A program made the position numbers and the translations under genes. This document shows, piece after piece, positions 62,926 to 64,000 of a stretch of 64,000 bases of DNA. Numbering within the stretch: position 1 is the stretch's first letter; every line of letters starts with the position of its first letter. Origin of the DNA: Camelus ferus (lineage: Eukaryota); the NCBI RefSeq assembly GCF_009834535.1, contig NC_045696.1:110672001-110736000 (forward strand), given 5' to 3'. The notes beneath the pieces are model-generated. The model had not been told where the DNA came from and made no database searches. It was given only the letters and a program-made list of their open reading frames with translations.

Positions 62926-64000
62926 ATTCACAATATGTGAAATAACTACAAAACATGTGTAGTAGGGAGCTCATCAATGATTGCAGTCCTGCCTTCCACC
63001 CCTGGGGAATTGATCTGATACCAAACCAAATAGCCTTCAGAGTGCTTATTTCACTTCTTTCCCTTGCTGCTTTCTGTTCTCCCTTTCCTCTTTGTGACCC
63101 AGTACATGACATGAACAGAAACTGTCTAGGATCATTAAAGCAAGCTGTTGCAGAAGCTGGGCTGTTGATTCAGCATTTGGCCAAAGAATAGAAGGCTGTT
63201 CAGTGAAAGCCTTGATTTCATTTCTGACAGGCCAGCAAACAATAGCCACACTGGCTTTGCAGATAAAAAGGACAAAGGAAACAAACCAATACCTTTTGCT
63301 GACATTTCTATTTCAATTGCAAAAAAGTGAGGTGTTTTTCTCCCTTTGCCACCCTTTTCTGGCATCAGGAAGTCTTAAAACCAAGAACATAATCCATTTC
63401 TGGGTCAAGGCTGAACAACAAAATCCATAAAAATAAATAAATAAAATAAATAATTGTCTTTTTCTGCACTCTTCACTTCTGACTCTGTTCTGCTCCAGAT
63501 TCTCTTCTCTCCGCACTCCATTCCACATGGTTTTCTGCTCAAGACAATTACTCTCTCTATAACCCAGACTATATAGAGAGGGAAGATTTTTCCTACTTTG
63601 TAACCTTCCTGTTACCATAATCAGTGTTCTGGCTTACAGTTCACAGCTGACAGTGCTGAGAAAAAGGCTTCCTTGAGTAAGTCACAAAGTCCTCTCAAGA
63701 TATAGTCTATTATTTTCTTGCTTATGTTTTGCTGCATATTTCATAAGGCCAGTTTTCTAAAGGAGAGGGAGTTTAAATTTAAAATCAAAGAACAGAAGTC
63801 TCCCTCTGCTTTTGTACCATCTCTGGTAAACCTCCAAGACCCTGGGCAAGAGATTTGCTCTAGAGAATAAGGAGGTTGTCAATTTGCAATTTGGGTAAAA
63901 TGTTTTTGATAATCTCTCATAAAAGAAGGATACAATATCAGCATTATTGTATTGTATAATTTCAGAATTATGCCTGTTCTGAGCCCACTCTGTCCTTACT

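Noticed and set aside
53700..64000. 3' exons of the neighbouring ACP3 gene, expected upstream from human synteny as I recall it
   Set aside because: No sequence resembling acid phosphatase exons was recognised; probably beyond the window.
1..64000. CRISPR arrays, operons or prokaryotic defence systems
   Set aside because: The sequence is clearly mammalian intron/exon DNA, and no repeat-spacer array was seen.

Overview
Mammalian genomic DNA, very probably camelid (alpaca/llama/camel), judged from six copies of a tRNA-Ala-derived SINE resembling vic-1. The minus strand carries the 5' part of DNAJC13 (RME-8): a CpG-island promoter and non-coding exon 1 at ~47 kb, then coding exons 2-16 (34725 down to 1471). 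These splice in frame to 1770 nt (residues 1-590), and the gene continues off the left edge. Introns and the upstream ~16 kb are packed with L1, MIR, L2, L3, hAT and LTR relics. I find no convincing new multi-gene system. The best leads are: a TSD-bounded L1 insertion carrying a 24-bp MIR-like 3' transduction between two poly(A) tails; a GC-AG intron; a strong-Kozak 8-codon uORF overlapping a YY1 motif; three KLF/SP boxes at exact 29-bp spacing; a four-layer retroelement nest; complete antisense bias of the intronic SINEs; and an orphan exon-like segment 10 kb upstream. Repeat subfamily names are from memory and repeat boundaries are approximate.
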